A model generated the notes under the pieces. The model saw only the letters and a program-made list of their open reading frames with translations. It searched no databases and was not told the DNA's origin. The translations under genes and the position numbers were made by a program. This document shows, in pieces, positions 15,591 through 31,094 of a stretch of DNA of 64,000 nucleotides (its first letter is position 1; each line of letters starts with the position of its first letter). The DNA comes from the human T2T-CHM13v2.0 reference genome, Homo sapiens, in the NCBI RefSeq assembly GCF_009914755.1, contig NC_060927.1. One strand, given 5' to 3'.

Positions 15591-16492
15591 AAATCTACAT
15601 GCAGAAAAATGAATCCAGACATAGACCTTACCTTTTTCATAAACATTAACTCAAAATGGATTATATACCTAAATGTAAAATGCAAAAGTGTAAAACTTCT
15701 AAAAGATAACAGAGGAAAATCTAGTTGCTCTTGGGTGTGGAAAAGGGTTTTAAAATAATATATCAAGAGGACAATCCATGAAAGAAAAAATATAAAAGTT
15801 AGATTTCATTAAAATTTAAAACTTCTGTTTTTTCATTCTCTTAATGGTGTCTTTCACCATTTTGAGTTAATTTTTATGGAAAAAGAAAGGTCTATGTCTA
15901 GATTCATTGTTTGAATATTAATGGTGAAAGACACCATCAAGAGAATGAAAAGACAAACCACAGACTGGGGAAAATGTTTGCAAAACATAAATCTGATAAA
16001 AGACACATATCTAAACAATATAAATGGCTCTTGAAACCCAATGACATGAAAACAACTCAATTAAAAAGTGATCTGAACAGACTTCTTATCAAAGAAGGCA
16101 TACAGATAGCAAATGAGCATATTAAAAGATGCCCATCATCATATGTCATCAGGGAATTGCAAATTAAAACAACAGTGAGATACTACTATACACCTATCAG
16201 GAACGCTAAAATCCAAAATACTGACACCACAAAATGTTGATGAGAATGCGGAGAAACAAGAACTCTCATTCATTGCTAGTCGGAATGCAACATGGTACAG
16301 CTAGTTTGGAAGACAGTTTGGCAGTGTCTTACAAAGATAACATACAATTATCTAGGAGCACCATACAATTCAGAATTGTGCTCCTAGTATTTATTCAAAT
16401 GAATTGATAACTAATGTCCATACAAAAACCTGCACATAAATATGAATAGCAGCTTTATTCACAATTGTCAACGATGCACAAATATATCCTTC

Positions 16493-18760
16493 CATATGTC
16501 TTTTTGGAGAACAATTTATTTTCTTTTGGGTATATACCCAGTAATGGAATTGCTGGGTCAAATGTTAGTTCTAAGTTCTTTGGGAAATCTCCAAATGCTT
16601 TCCACAGGAACTGAACTAATTTACATTCCCACCAGCAGTGTACAAGTGTTCCCTTTTCTACAAAGCCTTGCCAGCATCTGTTGTTTATTTGACTTTAATA
16701 ATAGTCCCTCTGACTGGTATGAGATGGTATCTCATTATGGTTTTGATTTGGATATCTCTGATGATTAGTGATGTGGAACATTTTTTCATATGTCTGTTGG
16801 CCACTTGTATGTCTTCTTTTGAGAAGTGTCTGTTCATGTCTTTTGCCCACTTTTTAATGGGGTTATTTGTTTTTTGCTCATTCGATTGTTTAAGTTCCTT
16901 GTAGATTCTGGGTGTTAGACCTTTGTTGACTGAATAGTTTGTGAAAATTCGCTCCCATTCTATAGGTTGCCTGTTTACTCTGTTGGTGGTTTATTTTGCT
17001 CTGCAGAAGATCTTTAGTTTAATTAGGTCCCACTTGTTGATTTTTGTTTTTGTCGCAATTGTTTTTGGGGACTTAGTCAAAAATCCTTTATGAAGGCCAA
17101 TGTCCAGAATGGTGCTTCATAGGCTTTCTTCTAGGATTCTTATAGTTTAAGGTCTTACATTTAAATCTTTAATCCATCTTGAGTCAATTGTTTTCTTTTT
17201 CTTTTCTTTTCTTTCCTTTTTTTTTTTTTTTTTTTTTCTGAGACAGGGTCTCACTCCTGTCACCCAGGCTGGAGTTTGATGGCACGATCATGACTCACTG
17301 CCGCCTCACCTTCCTGGGATGAGGTGATCCTCCCACTTCAGCTTCCTGTGTAGCTGGTACTATAGGCAAGTGCCACCATGCCCAGCTAACTTTTTATATT
17401 TTTAGTAGAGACAGGGTTTTGCCATGTTGCCTAGGCTGGTCTTGAACTCCTGGGCTCGAGCAGTCTGCCCACCTAGGCCTCCCAAAGTGGAGTTAATTTT
17501 TGTATGTAGTGAAAGCTAGGGGTCAAGGTTCATTCTTCTGCATATGGCTAGCCAGCTATCCCAGCACCTTTGTTGAATTGGGAGTCCTTTCCCCTTTTAA
17601 GTCCTTTCCCCTTAGCTTATTTTTGTTGACTTTGTCAAAGATTAGATGACTGTACATGCATGTTTTATTTCTGTGTTCTCTATTTTGTTCCATCGGTCTA
17701 TGTGTCTGTTTTTATACTAGCATATGCTGTTTTGGTTACTGTAGTCTTATAGTAAAGTTTGAAGTTGGTCAGATAATGTGATGTCTCTGGCTTTGTTCTT
17801 TTTGCTTAGGATTGCTTTGGCTATTTGGGTTCTTTTTTGATTCCATATGAATTTCAGAATATTATTTGCTAATTCTGTAAAAAATGACCTTGGTAGCTTG
17901 ATAGGAATAGCATTGAATCTGTAGATTGCTTTGGGAAGTATGGCCATTTTAATGATATTGATTCTTCCAATCTATGAACGTGGAATGTTTTTCCATTTGT
18001 TTATGTCATCTATGATTTCATAGACATATGAATACTAGAAGGATCGTAGAAGAAAACCTAGGAAACACCATTCTGGATGTTGGCTTTGGGAAAGGATTTA
18101 TGACTAAGTACCCAAAAGAAATTGCAACAAAAACAAAAATCAATAAGTGGAACCTAATTAAACTAAAGATCTTCTGCAGAGCAAAATAAACTATCAGCAG
18201 AGTAAACAGGCAACCCACAGAATGGGAGCAAATTTTCACGAACTATTCAGTCAACAAACATCTCCAAAAAGACACATGCACTCACACATTCATCACAGCA
18301 CCATTCACAATAGCAAAAACATGGAACCAAGTGAGGTGCTCACTGGATTGGATAAAGAATTTGTGGTACATTTACATCATGGAATACTATGCAACCATAA
18401 AAAGGAATGAAAATCATGTTCTTTGCAGCAACATGGTTGCAGCTGGACCCATTATCCTAGGTGAATTAACATAGGTACAATAAATCAAATACCACATGTT
18501 GTCACTTATAAGTGGGAGCTAAACATTGGTAATACATGGGCATACAGATGACAATAATAGGCATTGGGGACCACTAGAGGAGGAAGGGAGGGAGGGGACA
18601 AGAGTTGAAAAACTTACTGTTGGGTACTATGCTTAGTACATGGGTGATGGAATCATTCATACCCCAAACCTCAGCATGATGCACTATACCCAGGTAACAA
18701 AGCTCCACATGTATCCACTGAATCATATATCCACTAAAATAAAAATGGAAAAATAAAAAC
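16493..18760 (+). mobile_element. Rearranged L1PB/L1MA-like element: inverted part 16493-18016 (-), extra piece ~18040-18258 (+), 3' end 18261-18760 (+)
   Basis: ORF2 peptides [17 protein letters not shown] on the - strand; L1 3' UTR and A-rich tail on the + strand. Confidence 0.85.
17190..17490 (-). mobile_element. AluJ inserted in L1
   Basis: Reverse Alu with long T tract; the L1 resumes at gagttaatttttgtat. Confidence 0.9.
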
Positions 18761-18764
18761 AGTA

Positions 18765-21130
18765 CATAAATTGCATCAAAGTTTACCACTGTTTTGCAAT
18801 TTGCATTTCTCACTGAACCTAATGGTTTCAAAATTCATTCCTGTTTGTAAATATAGATATACTTCTTTTATTCAAAAATCTTTTACTGGTAGTATTATAT
18901 TCTGTTGTATATATATTACATCATATTATTTATTCATTTCTCTATTGATGGATGTTCAGATTATTTCCAACTTTATGTTACTACAACCAGTTGCAGTAAT
19001 GAACTTTTTTTGACATATACAAGAGAGCATGTATAGGAATTTTGGGAGAGTACACACTACACATCGAATTGCTGGATTGTGTCATATGTGCATTTTCAAC
19101 TGTCCTAGCTACTGCCAAATTCTTGGCAAAGTGTAATAGTAATGCCATTTTGCACTTTTAGTAGTGTATGAGTGTTCTTGTTTCCTCATGCCCTCACCAA
19201 CACTTGATATAATAGATTTTTTAAATTTTGCAATAAAATAGATGAAAAATACCTGTTTTTAATTTGGTTTTCTTTGCTTTTAGTGAATCAAGGATCTTTT
19301 CATGTGATTATTGGACAATTAGTGTTTTGCCTTGTGTTGAATTGTCTATTCTTATTTTTTACCCTTGGGGGAGCAGTTTTTCTTTTTCAAATTGATTCCT
19401 AATTAAAAAATTACATTCCCTAGTACTCATCCTTTGTCATTTATGTTTATTTCAAATATTTTTTTCTGTCTGTCATGTATTTGAAAACTTTATTTATGGT
19501 ACCATTGTGGGAGAGGCATAGGGCCAAGGATGGGTATGAATCCCGGTTCCGTTACTTATCACCAGCACAACCTTGGATATTTTAGTTAATCTCTAACTGT
19601 ATTTCAGTTTCTTCATCTGTAAAATGGGGGCGATAGTATTACCTATTTCAGAGGTTTGTTTTGAAGATTAAAGGAGTTAAGATGAAGAGCACTTACATAA
19701 ATGAAAAGTGGTACACAGAAAGCAGTCAATAACTATTAGCTAATATTTGGACATATAGAAGTTTTAAGTGGTTTTTTTTTTTGCTATTATACAAGGTAGA
19801 TTTATTTTTTTTGCTTTTGTACATGATAAAAGTTTGATTCCATCTCACATAAAATAAGATATGCAGGGATGGAGTGGTGGATCCACAGTCTTCAGGAATA
19901 AGCCTCTTTTAGGTGCACTGCTCCTATCCCCTAGATGTGAGTCTTATCTGCATAATCTGGGATAATTGCCAAAGCATTAACCATCATAACCATGTTCCAG
20001 CCTTCCAGAGAAGGAAGGGCAGAAGTGATATTTCTTCCCTTCTTTTCAATCAGCTTTACTGAAGTGTAATTTACATGCAATAAAGTTCACATCTTTTAAG
20101 AGTATAATTTGATGAGTTTGGGCAAATGTATATGGTTGTCTAATTATTGTCACGATCAATATATAGAATATTTCCATCACCTTGAAAAGTTCCCTAATGC
20201 CCTTTGCAGTCAATTCTATTCCCTTTACCTGGAGGCAACCACTGATCTGCTTTCTATCACTACAGTTTTCTCTATATTAGAATTTCATATAAATGGAACT
20301 ATGCAGTAAGTACCCTTTAGTGTCTGTTTTGTTTCATGTAACATAATGCTTTTGAGATTAATTCAGGTTTTTGCATGTATCAGTAATTTGTCCCTTTTTA
20401 TTGTGGAGATGTATCATAGTTTGTTCATCCATTCACATGTCAATGGGTTATTTCCAGGTTTGGGTTATTATAAATAAAGCTACTATGAGGATCCATGTAC
20501 AAGTCTTTGTGTGGACATCGTTTTCATTTCTCTTGGGTAAATACCTAGTGAGGATTGCTGGGTCAAATGGTAAGTGTATGTTTAATGTTATAAAAAGTGA
20601 CAAGCTGCTTTCCCATGGGGCTGTTCTATTTGTGTTTCCACCTGCAGTGTATAAGAGTTCTAGCTGGTCCACATCCATACCAACACTTGGAATTGTCAGT
20701 CTTTTAAAATTTAGCCATTCTAGTGAGTGTGTATTGGTTTTTATTATTTTAATTAGCATATCCCAAATGACTAATGATCTCGAACATCTTTTCATGTTTG
20801 CCATTTGTATACAGAAGTTTTAAGTTTTGATGTGGTCAACTTCCTCAGTCTTTTTCTTCATTGTTTTGCTTTTTGTATCTTGTTAAAAATTTTTTTCTTA
20901 TCCCAAGGACATAAGGATGTCTTCAAATATTTTCTTCTAAAAAGTTTTAAAGTTGGAATTTCATAACTAGGTCTTTAATACACTTAGAATTTATTTTTGA
21001 ATCTGATGTGAGTAGGGAATCTAGTTAAATTTTTATCCATGAATAGAAACTCAGTTCTAAAAACATTAATAATTTTTCCATGGATTGGTAATTTATATTG
21101 TCATTTGTATCACTCACCAGCTTCTCATAT
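18765..21130 (-). mobile_element. Mosaic of ancient L1ME/L1MB 3' fragments (L1MB-like 20045-20815) with a MIR
   Basis: ORF 20448..20804 has degenerate ORF2 C-terminus (TKTCTWILIVALFIITQTWK); boundaries approximate. Confidence 0.65.
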
Positions 21131-21521
21131 GTGTATAGTTTCTAGCTGTATTTTTCATTATCTCCTACCCCAGTGACTACAATGTCTCCTGCATGTTCCT
21201 TCCAATGTGAGTTTATTTATGCTCTTCCTTATGTCTAGGGTGACTCCTTTTTGTTCTACCTTTCGAAATCCACTCATTGCTCAAGGTCTAGCTCAGATGA
21301 CCTTTAAAGTTCTTCCCAAATCCAGTCATATGCCTCTGTCCCTCCCTTGAATTAAATGAAGGGGCTCAGCACACGTATAGCATTTTATTCCTCTACTATA
21401 AATCTTAGCCTATCTTTTTGGAATCACAGTCACTTCTGTGTCTGTCTTCTTTGTTCTGCCAGACTGTAAGCCCTTTCATGTTTTTGTGGTAACTGCCAGA
21501 CTGTAAGCCCTTTAGTGTTTT

Positions 21522-22070
21522 TGTGGTAGGCAGAACAGTGTTCCTACCTGCCTATGTCCTAATTCCTGGAACTTGTGAATATATTACCTTACTTGGCAAA
21601 AGGGACTTTGCATATGTGATTAAATTAATGACATACAGTGAAGAGATTATCCTGGATTATTCTGGTGGACTCAGTCTAATCACATGAGTTCTCAAAATTA
21701 GAACCTTTACCAGATAAATTCAGAGTCACAGGAATCCATGGTTAGGAAGTGGTCAGAGATGGAACATTACTGGTTTTGAAAATGGAAGGAGGGGGGCTAT
21801 GAGCCAAGGAATGGAGGTGGCTTCTAAGAGCTGGAAAAGGGAAAGACATGTATTCTCCCTTACAGCCTCTTCAATGGGACATAGCAGCAGCCTAGGTGGC
21901 ACCTTGGTTTTAGGGATAGGCATGTAGGGGCAGCTTTGCTGACACCTTGATAGCCCAGTGAGATCTGTGTTGAATATCTGACCCATAGAACGGTAATATA
22001 ATAAATGTGTGTTGTTTCAATGTACTAATTTTGTAGTAGTTTGTTACAGCAGCAATAGAAAACTGATATA
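21522..22070 (+). mobile_element. MLT1 (MaLR) LTR
   Basis: tgtggtaggcagaa start; ttgttacagcagcaatagaaaactgatata end. Confidence 0.8.
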
Positions 22071-22649
22071 TTTGCTCACCATAGAGTCCCCTGTAACTTG
22101 AAGCAGATCCTTAGATACAAAGTGATAAATCATTGCTCACTGAGTTGAATTGTGAAGCAACATGTACCTTGGAACTACAGAATGAAAACTTTACGTTCTT
22201 ACTACATCATTAATGATCAGTGTGATGCTTATCACTAGCATCTAGACCTTTGTCAATCCATGACAAATGAATGACAAAGACCAGTTTTCCTTATCGTTAG
22301 CAGTCCTATGCCCTCTGACTTTGACTACAGTGGTGGTAAGTAAATACTGTTGGCTCTGTGCAAAGCTTTACCTCCTTAACATGTGCTGGCAGCTCAGTGG
22401 TAGAAAGGAACAGAAGGAGATGCCTTTTTCCCTATGTTATTTAACCTACTCAAGGTACTTGACTGAGACCCTTTGATGGGGCCATTGAAAAGTGTTTTCT
22501 AGTCTTTGTTCTTAGGTAAGGGATTTGGAGTCAGACATACAAGGACTTTGAAATCCTGGCTCTGGTCTTCGTTAACTCTGTGACATAGAGTAGGTCACTA
22601 AATACCTTGGAGCTTTGGTTTTCTTATATCTATGGCAGAGATAATAATA

Positions 22650-23395
<746 letters not shown>

Positions 23396-24603
23396 TATTT
23401 CCTTGAGTTGTTTTAATGATAAACAGATGTATGTATGTAAAGTTATTAGTATACAATAGGTGTTCAATGAGTGCCTTCCTTCCCATCACAGGTGCATCAC
23501 TACTGACAAACAATCCAGACTTCTATTTACTTTGAAGAGTTAGTTACAAGCAGGTGATGCCATATGACATTTGTTCTTAGTTTTTGTTTTTGTGTTTTAT
23601 TTTTAAAGACATAAGTTTTTGGATTGCCTCATCCTTTCTTATATTTCCAAGTTTAGGGTTCTTGTCATTTTAGATGTTTGGTTAAGAATAGCTGATGTTC
23701 CGTGGATGGTTTTAGTTATTTAAACATTGAGAGGGGTTGGTAGTGGGAACAATAGGCAGAGGTACAGGAGAGATCAAAATAAGATAAAATAAATAAGGTA
23801 ATAGCACTCTAGAGTGGTTATTTTCTTCTGACAGAGCTTTATTATCATTCTGGCTTTGGGAGCAGCTGCTGAGACACTCATCTCTGGTCACATGCTAAGC
23901 CTAATATGAATGAACACGTCCGGGCTTATGACACTGACAAGAGACAAATGGCCTCTGGAGTACAGAGATGGGGAAGTTGGATTTAAATCTCAGTATCTTG
24001 ATGCTACTCTGTTTGTCTCCACATGCTCATTCAAATAGCATTCCTGTGTCTTGGCACTATCATCTGCAAAAAGAAGAGACACTCATCCTCTTATTTGGAA
24101 GGCTGGGCTTGCTAAGCTGAGAGTGAACGAGAAGCTCTCTTGCAGACCAGAGCTCTCACTTCTTTCTTGATTTCACCTAACTGCTTTCCACTGTTGAGAA
24201 GCTTCCTTTCCACTGTCCCCTGGTCACTGCGGGCTCCTCCTCTACAGCACTACTTTAGAACGATCTCCTCCATCAGGCACCTTCTTAGACAAAGTCCTCT
24301 CCCCGTCTTACACATGCCAGTCATCTTAACACCTCCATAGAACTTGTAATTAGTTTGTTCCTTAGGGACATATTTTAGCATTTCTGTTTTTTGTGGTTTG
24401 TTCAGTCTATCATAAGCTTTCTGTTGTGAGCAGGGGCTGTGTCTATTCTGCAGTGGGTGCCTCAAGCGCCTGAAGTGTCCCTGTACAATGCAAGTGATGA
24501 TTAGAAGAGCATCCCAAATGCTTTGCGCTGCACTGTTGACCTACAGCAGTTTTCTTTCATCATTTTTCTTATTCCTATAACTTCGGTTTTGGCCATGACT
24601 TCA

Positions 24604-25010
<407 letters not shown>

Positions 25011-25436
25011 GAAAATGGATTATCTTCTTATGCCTTACAGAACACGATCTATTATGTTACTGCTGCTCTAACCATTCCCTTTGTCTTCTGTCTGTCTCCA
25101 TGGCCTGCAAGAGTGGCAATATCCTTCACTGGCCTTGGTTCTCAGAGCAGGTGGCACATGACTGAGGCTAGTGGCCTGGTAGGTGGGATGGCAAGGTGAG
25201 TCACATCCAGAACTGCCCTCTGGCACAATGTTTGGACAGGGAGGCTGGAGGTTCCAAAGGGTGTGTTCTCTGGGTTTAAATGCATTGGAACCTAGTCTGA
25301 AGGTTTACCTGCTCATGCTAGAAAGATAGGAGCACATTGGTTTAATCTCAAAGGAGGAAGAGTGGGCAGTTTTAGATTTAGGGCCACTCAGCATCTGCTT
25401 TTCCCTCTTGAGTCTAGAGCCATTATAAATCCTTAA

Positions 25437-25909
25437 GAGTGTGATATTCCCCTTCCTGTGTCCATGTGATCTCATTGTTCAATTCCCACCTATGAGTGAG
25501 AATATGCGGTGTTTGGTTTTTTGTTCTTGCGATAGTTTACTGAGAATGATGGTTTCCAGTTTCATCCATGTCCCTACAAAGGACATGAACTCATCATTTT
25601 TTATGGCTGCATAGTATTCCATGGTGTATATGTGCCACATTTTCTTAATCCAGTCTATCGTTGTTGGACATTTGGGTTGGTTCCAAGTCTTTGCTATTGT
25701 GAATAATGCCACAATAAACACACTCTGGGGACTGTGGTGGGGTGGGGGGAGGGGGGAGGGATAGCATTGGGAGATATACCTAATGCTAGATGACGAGTTA
25801 GTGGGTGCAGCGCACCAGCATGGCACATGTATACATATGTAACTAACCTGCACAATGTGCACATGTACCCTAAAACTTAAAGCATAATAAAAAAAAAAAA
25901 GAAAAAAAA
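25437..25909 (+). mobile_element. Short 5'-inverted L1PA2-like insertion
   Basis: Inverted 25437-25720, sense 25721-25909 with polyA; perfect TSD ATAAATCCTTAA at 25425-25436 and 25910-25921; gatgacGAGttag rather than the L1HS-Ta ACA. Confidence 0.93.
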
Positions 25910-26698
25910 ATAAATCCTTAATAGAAGAGAATTGAGTTGGACTTGACATTGAGGAAAGTGTGAAGGTAAGGATACTTTAAGAAGACTCATTCAAAACCAA
26001 TGAAATTTGCAGGAGAAAGTGCTGGTACAGAATGATGGAGAATGAAATTTTAAAGCTACATATTTTTGTATCCACATAGTATGTGGATACAATTTGAGTA
26101 TTAAGACAAACAGAGCAAAGCTGTTCAGATTTGTTTAGTGTATTGGAATTTACAAATGTATTTTGAAGTATGAGTCACTAATGAAGACTTAGGAATACTT
26201 CATTTTGGTGGTGGCGCAAGATGAAATTTTAAGTTTTTTCTCATAATGGTATTCATTTTATATTGAATTTAGCTATTCGATTAGAATTCCACCAAGCAAA
26301 CCATTGCATCTCTTTTTCTGGGTTATTGTGAGTTGTTTTCCCTTTCTGTGTATAGACCTAGTCTGTGGTTTGTGTGGCTGTTAACATCTGGGAATTAACA
26401 CCTAGCACCTGAGTTAGATCTTGGGCTCTGCCCAATATTATCTCTTAAGGGATAGAGTTTTAAAATGTTTCCCTTCTGCATGGTGAGTGAGTCTGTGTTT
26501 ACGCCGGGGGGTGTTCAGCAAAAAGTAGGGTAATGGGGATACCAGGAGGGGTTTCTGGTTTTCAGGCCAGAGGGTAATGCTTGGTATCATTAGAAGTGGA
26601 GGGCTTCTTTGGATGGGGGAGGAGGAAGAATTTTTAGGATGAATCACACTGGAAACCAATGATGAAATCTTTCAGTCCGTCTTTTTAGGCCTGGGTGA

Positions 26699-27005
<307 letters not shown>

Positions 27006-30000
27006 GAACTGCTTTTCTTAGGAGGTTGTAAGTGGTAGGATCAGGTAGGAGGGTACGGAGGAAGGACCTTCATGTTTCCTGCCCTGGCATTTTCCCTGGG
27101 GTTGCTGCTGGCTGCTTGCATGTTCTCTTTGGTGGGCGAGGAAAGCCCCGTGGTCTCCTTCAAACGAGAATGTCTGCTTTTGTGTTTAAATCTGATCAAA
27201 CTCTGTGCTACTTTACTTGGCTTTTACAAGGAGTAAGTTGCACCTGAAGGCAACAGTAAAGCAGGGAACAAGAGATTTACAGATAATTGTTTCTAGGAGA
27301 TGAGAGTGAAGTAACGTTTGAGGATATGGACAATGTTTTCTTTCACAATGAAAATGAAATAAGATGAATGATGTTTTTATTGCCAGGAGTAACTGTATCT
27401 GTTGGGTTCCTTAGCCAGACAAATGTTAACAACCCTTATACTTTGACTTCATTTTGTTTGGATCTTTAAACAGAAAGATTGGAACCATCAGATTGTTTCA
27501 GATTAAAAGGCTGAAGACACAGGAGTTGTATAACTGAAGTAGGAAGGAGGACTCCTTTCTTTCCCCACTTTGATCAGCTCATATTCTTCTTCACAAACCC
27601 TCCACTATTCCCCATTGCCTCCTTATTACATCCTGATGGATGTGCTGAGATATACTGATCCTCTCAGCTTTGGGGGCAGCAGGAGCCTCTTAGCTTGTCA
27701 TAGGGGTGGGTCAGGAGGGCTATTTGGCCTAGAGCTGTACATTCAGGGAAGGCCTGGATTTTAAAATTTCATCATATCTATGACATAGGCAATATGTTTG
27801 CTTGTATGTTTAAAGTATTTATTAGGTAATTCTAAATATTTAAAAGCAACCAAAATTTTTGTGACTCTGTTTTGGCATTTTCTTTCTTTTTTAATATACT
27901 AACAGCCTTAAAAAAAAAGTGGAGAAGGCCCAGGCATTTAACCTCTGAGGTGCCCCCATAGTCAGTTGCACAGGCTTTCATAATATGGTAATGGTCATAG
28001 AGGCTATTGAGGAGGACAGACCTTCAATAACTAATCATGCAAAGAAGTCACTAATGTGAGGACTGGGTGCCTTGAAAGGGTGTAATAGGGACCCTCCCCT
28101 ATTTGGGCCATCAGGAAGGATTTCTCCAAGCAGGTGATCTCCTACCCCTAGAGGGGATCAATGTTAGACAACAGAGGTGATAAATCTCAATTACCAATTG
28201 TTTTTTAAGGAAAGAGCCAAACTCTAGGATGATGTTCATATTTTGGGTTTGGGCAAAGGGGTGAATTGGCAGTGTTGTTAACCAAACTAGGTAACCAGGG
28301 ATTCTTTTAGGATAACTAAAATTATTTTCTGGCAGTAGGTGGGTTGATAAGATGATTAGTTCAGTTTTGGGGTATTTTGAGTGTGAGTGGCCTTTGAGAC
28401 ATCAGAGTAGAGATGTTTTGCAAATATATGATCTTGTGTTATGAGAAGAGCTTAGTAACTCCTTGTAAATTTAGAACCTCATAGTATGTAAGGCAGTGGA
28501 TAGCCAGTGGGGAATAGAAAGAAGAATGGATATATGGCCTCTGCTTTCAAGGAGTTTATTCTCTAATTGCAGTCAAGGAGTTCAATAACCACAGATTATC
28601 CCAGTAACCCTCTAAGACAACAGCAAGAGAAGTGTCTTGGGCACTACATCAATGATTGCCAAATGAATTGTATCAATGTTTCTTGATTTTCTATATCCAT
28701 CTTAGTATCTAAGTAAAATTGTTCATTTGGTTTTACTTTTGTTTTACTCTGGTAGTTAGAGGTAGGTTGAAGATAGCATGAGCTTATTTAACAGTACTGT
28801 GGGTTATTTGCTTTGGAGTAATTCATTTTAAATTTATGATGTAGGTACTGTTATTTGTCCCATTTTACAGAAGAGAAAACTGCGGCACTGAGGGGTTAAG
28901 TAACTTGCCCAAAGTTATGTAACTAACAAATTATAAAGTTGGTATTCGGACTTAGATAATCCAAATTCAAAGCCCCTTCCCCTAATTTTTAATCCTATTT
29001 TTTTAACTAAATATGTTCCCTATCATTTAAGTTATTTGAAAACCTTATTTTCAGTGGCTGCGTAATTTATTTGACATTCTCCTAGTGCTTGTATTTCCAT
29101 TTATATTTGCAAGATAAATCCCTGCAAGTGGGCTTCCTGTACTAAGAAATATAAAATGTTTAAGACTTCTTAAACCAAATACAACCCATTTTCAGAAAAG
29201 TTCAAAAAATTTGCAGTCTGTATATACTTTTCAATCCCATATAGAAGTTTTCTCGATCCCATATGATTGCCTAAACCAAAACAGAACTCAGCAACACTGT
29301 GATAAAGGTGGTGGTTAAGATAATAAATCAAAGACTTTTAGGGCAGGAAAGAACTCCAGGTTTCATCTAGGCTTGCCTCCTTCTTTTATTAATTAAGATC
29401 CAAGGCTTAGAAAGGTTAAGAAACATGACGCAAACACACCATTACAGGTATAGTTAGGACAAGGACCTGCACATAGCACTATGTGATATATTGAGTCTGA
29501 GACTCTTGGATGGTTTGGACGATTCAATGGTGTCCTGAAATGACTGCCTGGGGTCACCACTGAGATATAAGAGACTTTTAGTGTTTGGGTCAGCTTCCAG
29601 GTTTCCCCCTGAGTTTCACAGTTGTATCAGAGGGATGGAAGTAACTCAAAAGGGTCTGTCCTGAACTGAGCAGCCCATTATCACCTAGAGATAAAATAAA
29701 TCTGCTGGGCCAGGGGAAATCCTGAAATCTCCTTTCATGAGTTTCCTTGGACCTGGCCTAGTGTCAGATCCACAAGGGTGATTCTGGACTCTCTTTTCAT
29801 TATTCTGTTGATGGTATGATATGTTTCAACAAAGGGCTACTCACGTAATTAAAAACTCACATAATTCTTTTTTTTTTTTTTAATAGCAGGGACCAAAAAT
29901 GGAGGGTATTACTGTTTATTAACCAGAAGTGACTCCACTATGTGGCAATAATGTAAACAAAGTTTGCAATTTGATTTGGCTTGATATCTGGCTAGGTGGG

Positions 30001-30904
30001 GCTAAGGTGTTTTAACAGTAAATCTCAAAGTTTCATTGCCTTAGCACAATAAGGGATTGTTTCTTACAAAATCTGAAGCAGGCTGGTTGATCACCTTCTG
30101 GGTTGCAGATATGCCACACCAAGGTTGCCCAGGCAAGATAAGAGAGAGGTAAAGGAGTTGTGTAGACTGCTAACTGACCCTGCTTGGAAAGTGACATGTG
30201 CTAGTTCAACTTATAGTGTATTAGCCAGAACTAAAAACATGGGCCCAATCTAACTGGAGGGAGAGGCTGGGAAAGAGTGGGGAGCAGCACACAGATATTT
30301 GATGAACACTAATTGTTTCTTCCATACACTTGATGCTTGATATTTTGAAATTATCAACCTAAAAGAATGTGTAGGCAATTTCACATCATTTCAAGTTTTA
30401 AACATAAAGATAAAACTTTCATATCACTTTCCTTCAGATAGGCCTGAAGGGCCACTGTATGGCGAAGTATATACTGTGGATGTGAAGAAATCCTTTTCAT
30501 TTCTGTGTTAAAAATAATGGAACTTTTGCTTAATATTTGTGAGATTTGGGCAAGTGGTCTAACCTCTCTAAATGAGGATCCCTAAAGAAAAAGGGGTAAC
30601 AGTGCTTCATTCATGGGTATGTTGCATAAATTAGGTTGAAGACTGAACATAAAACACTTGACACAGTGCAGAGTACATGGTAAGTATTCAACAAATGTGA
30701 GTTTTTATTTTGTTTTTATTGGTATTATGATATTGTACTGGTATTTACTAGTATGCACAGTAATGTAGGATCCTCAGAATCATCCTCAGTGATGTATCCA
30801 TAATAATCAGAAGACAGTGTACTTTATGGAAACAAGTGATGTTTTGTCCAGATTCTGGCAATGAAATGTCTTTTACTTTCTGTGTGTTCTTATATTTGTA
30901 GATC

Positions 30905-31094
30905 ATGGGGAATTTCAGAGGTCATGCCCTCCCTGGAACCTTCTTTTTTATTATTGGTCTTTGGTGGTGTACAAAGAGTATTCTGAAGTATATCTGCAAA
31001 AAGCAAAAGCGAACCTGCTATCTTGGTTCCAAAACATTATTCTATCGATTGGAAATTTTGGAGGGAATTACAATAGTTGGCATGGCTTTAACTG
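30905..31094 (+). CDS. TMEM45A: TMEM45A coding exon 1 (exon starts 30902); MGNFRGHALPGTFFFIIGLWW...GMALT
   Basis: Recognised N-terminus. Acceptor tttgtag ends 30901, ATCATGG Kozak context, donor GTGAGT at 31095; 190 nt, phase 1. Confidence 0.98.

Larger units (their letters stand above)
14060..16470 (+). mobile_element. Old L1M ORF2/3' fragment interrupted by MLT2
   Basis: Degenerate ORF2 motifs (aacctacagccaacatcatactt, tatagattcaatgcaatccc, ELQIKTTVRY); boundaries approximate. Confidence 0.85.
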
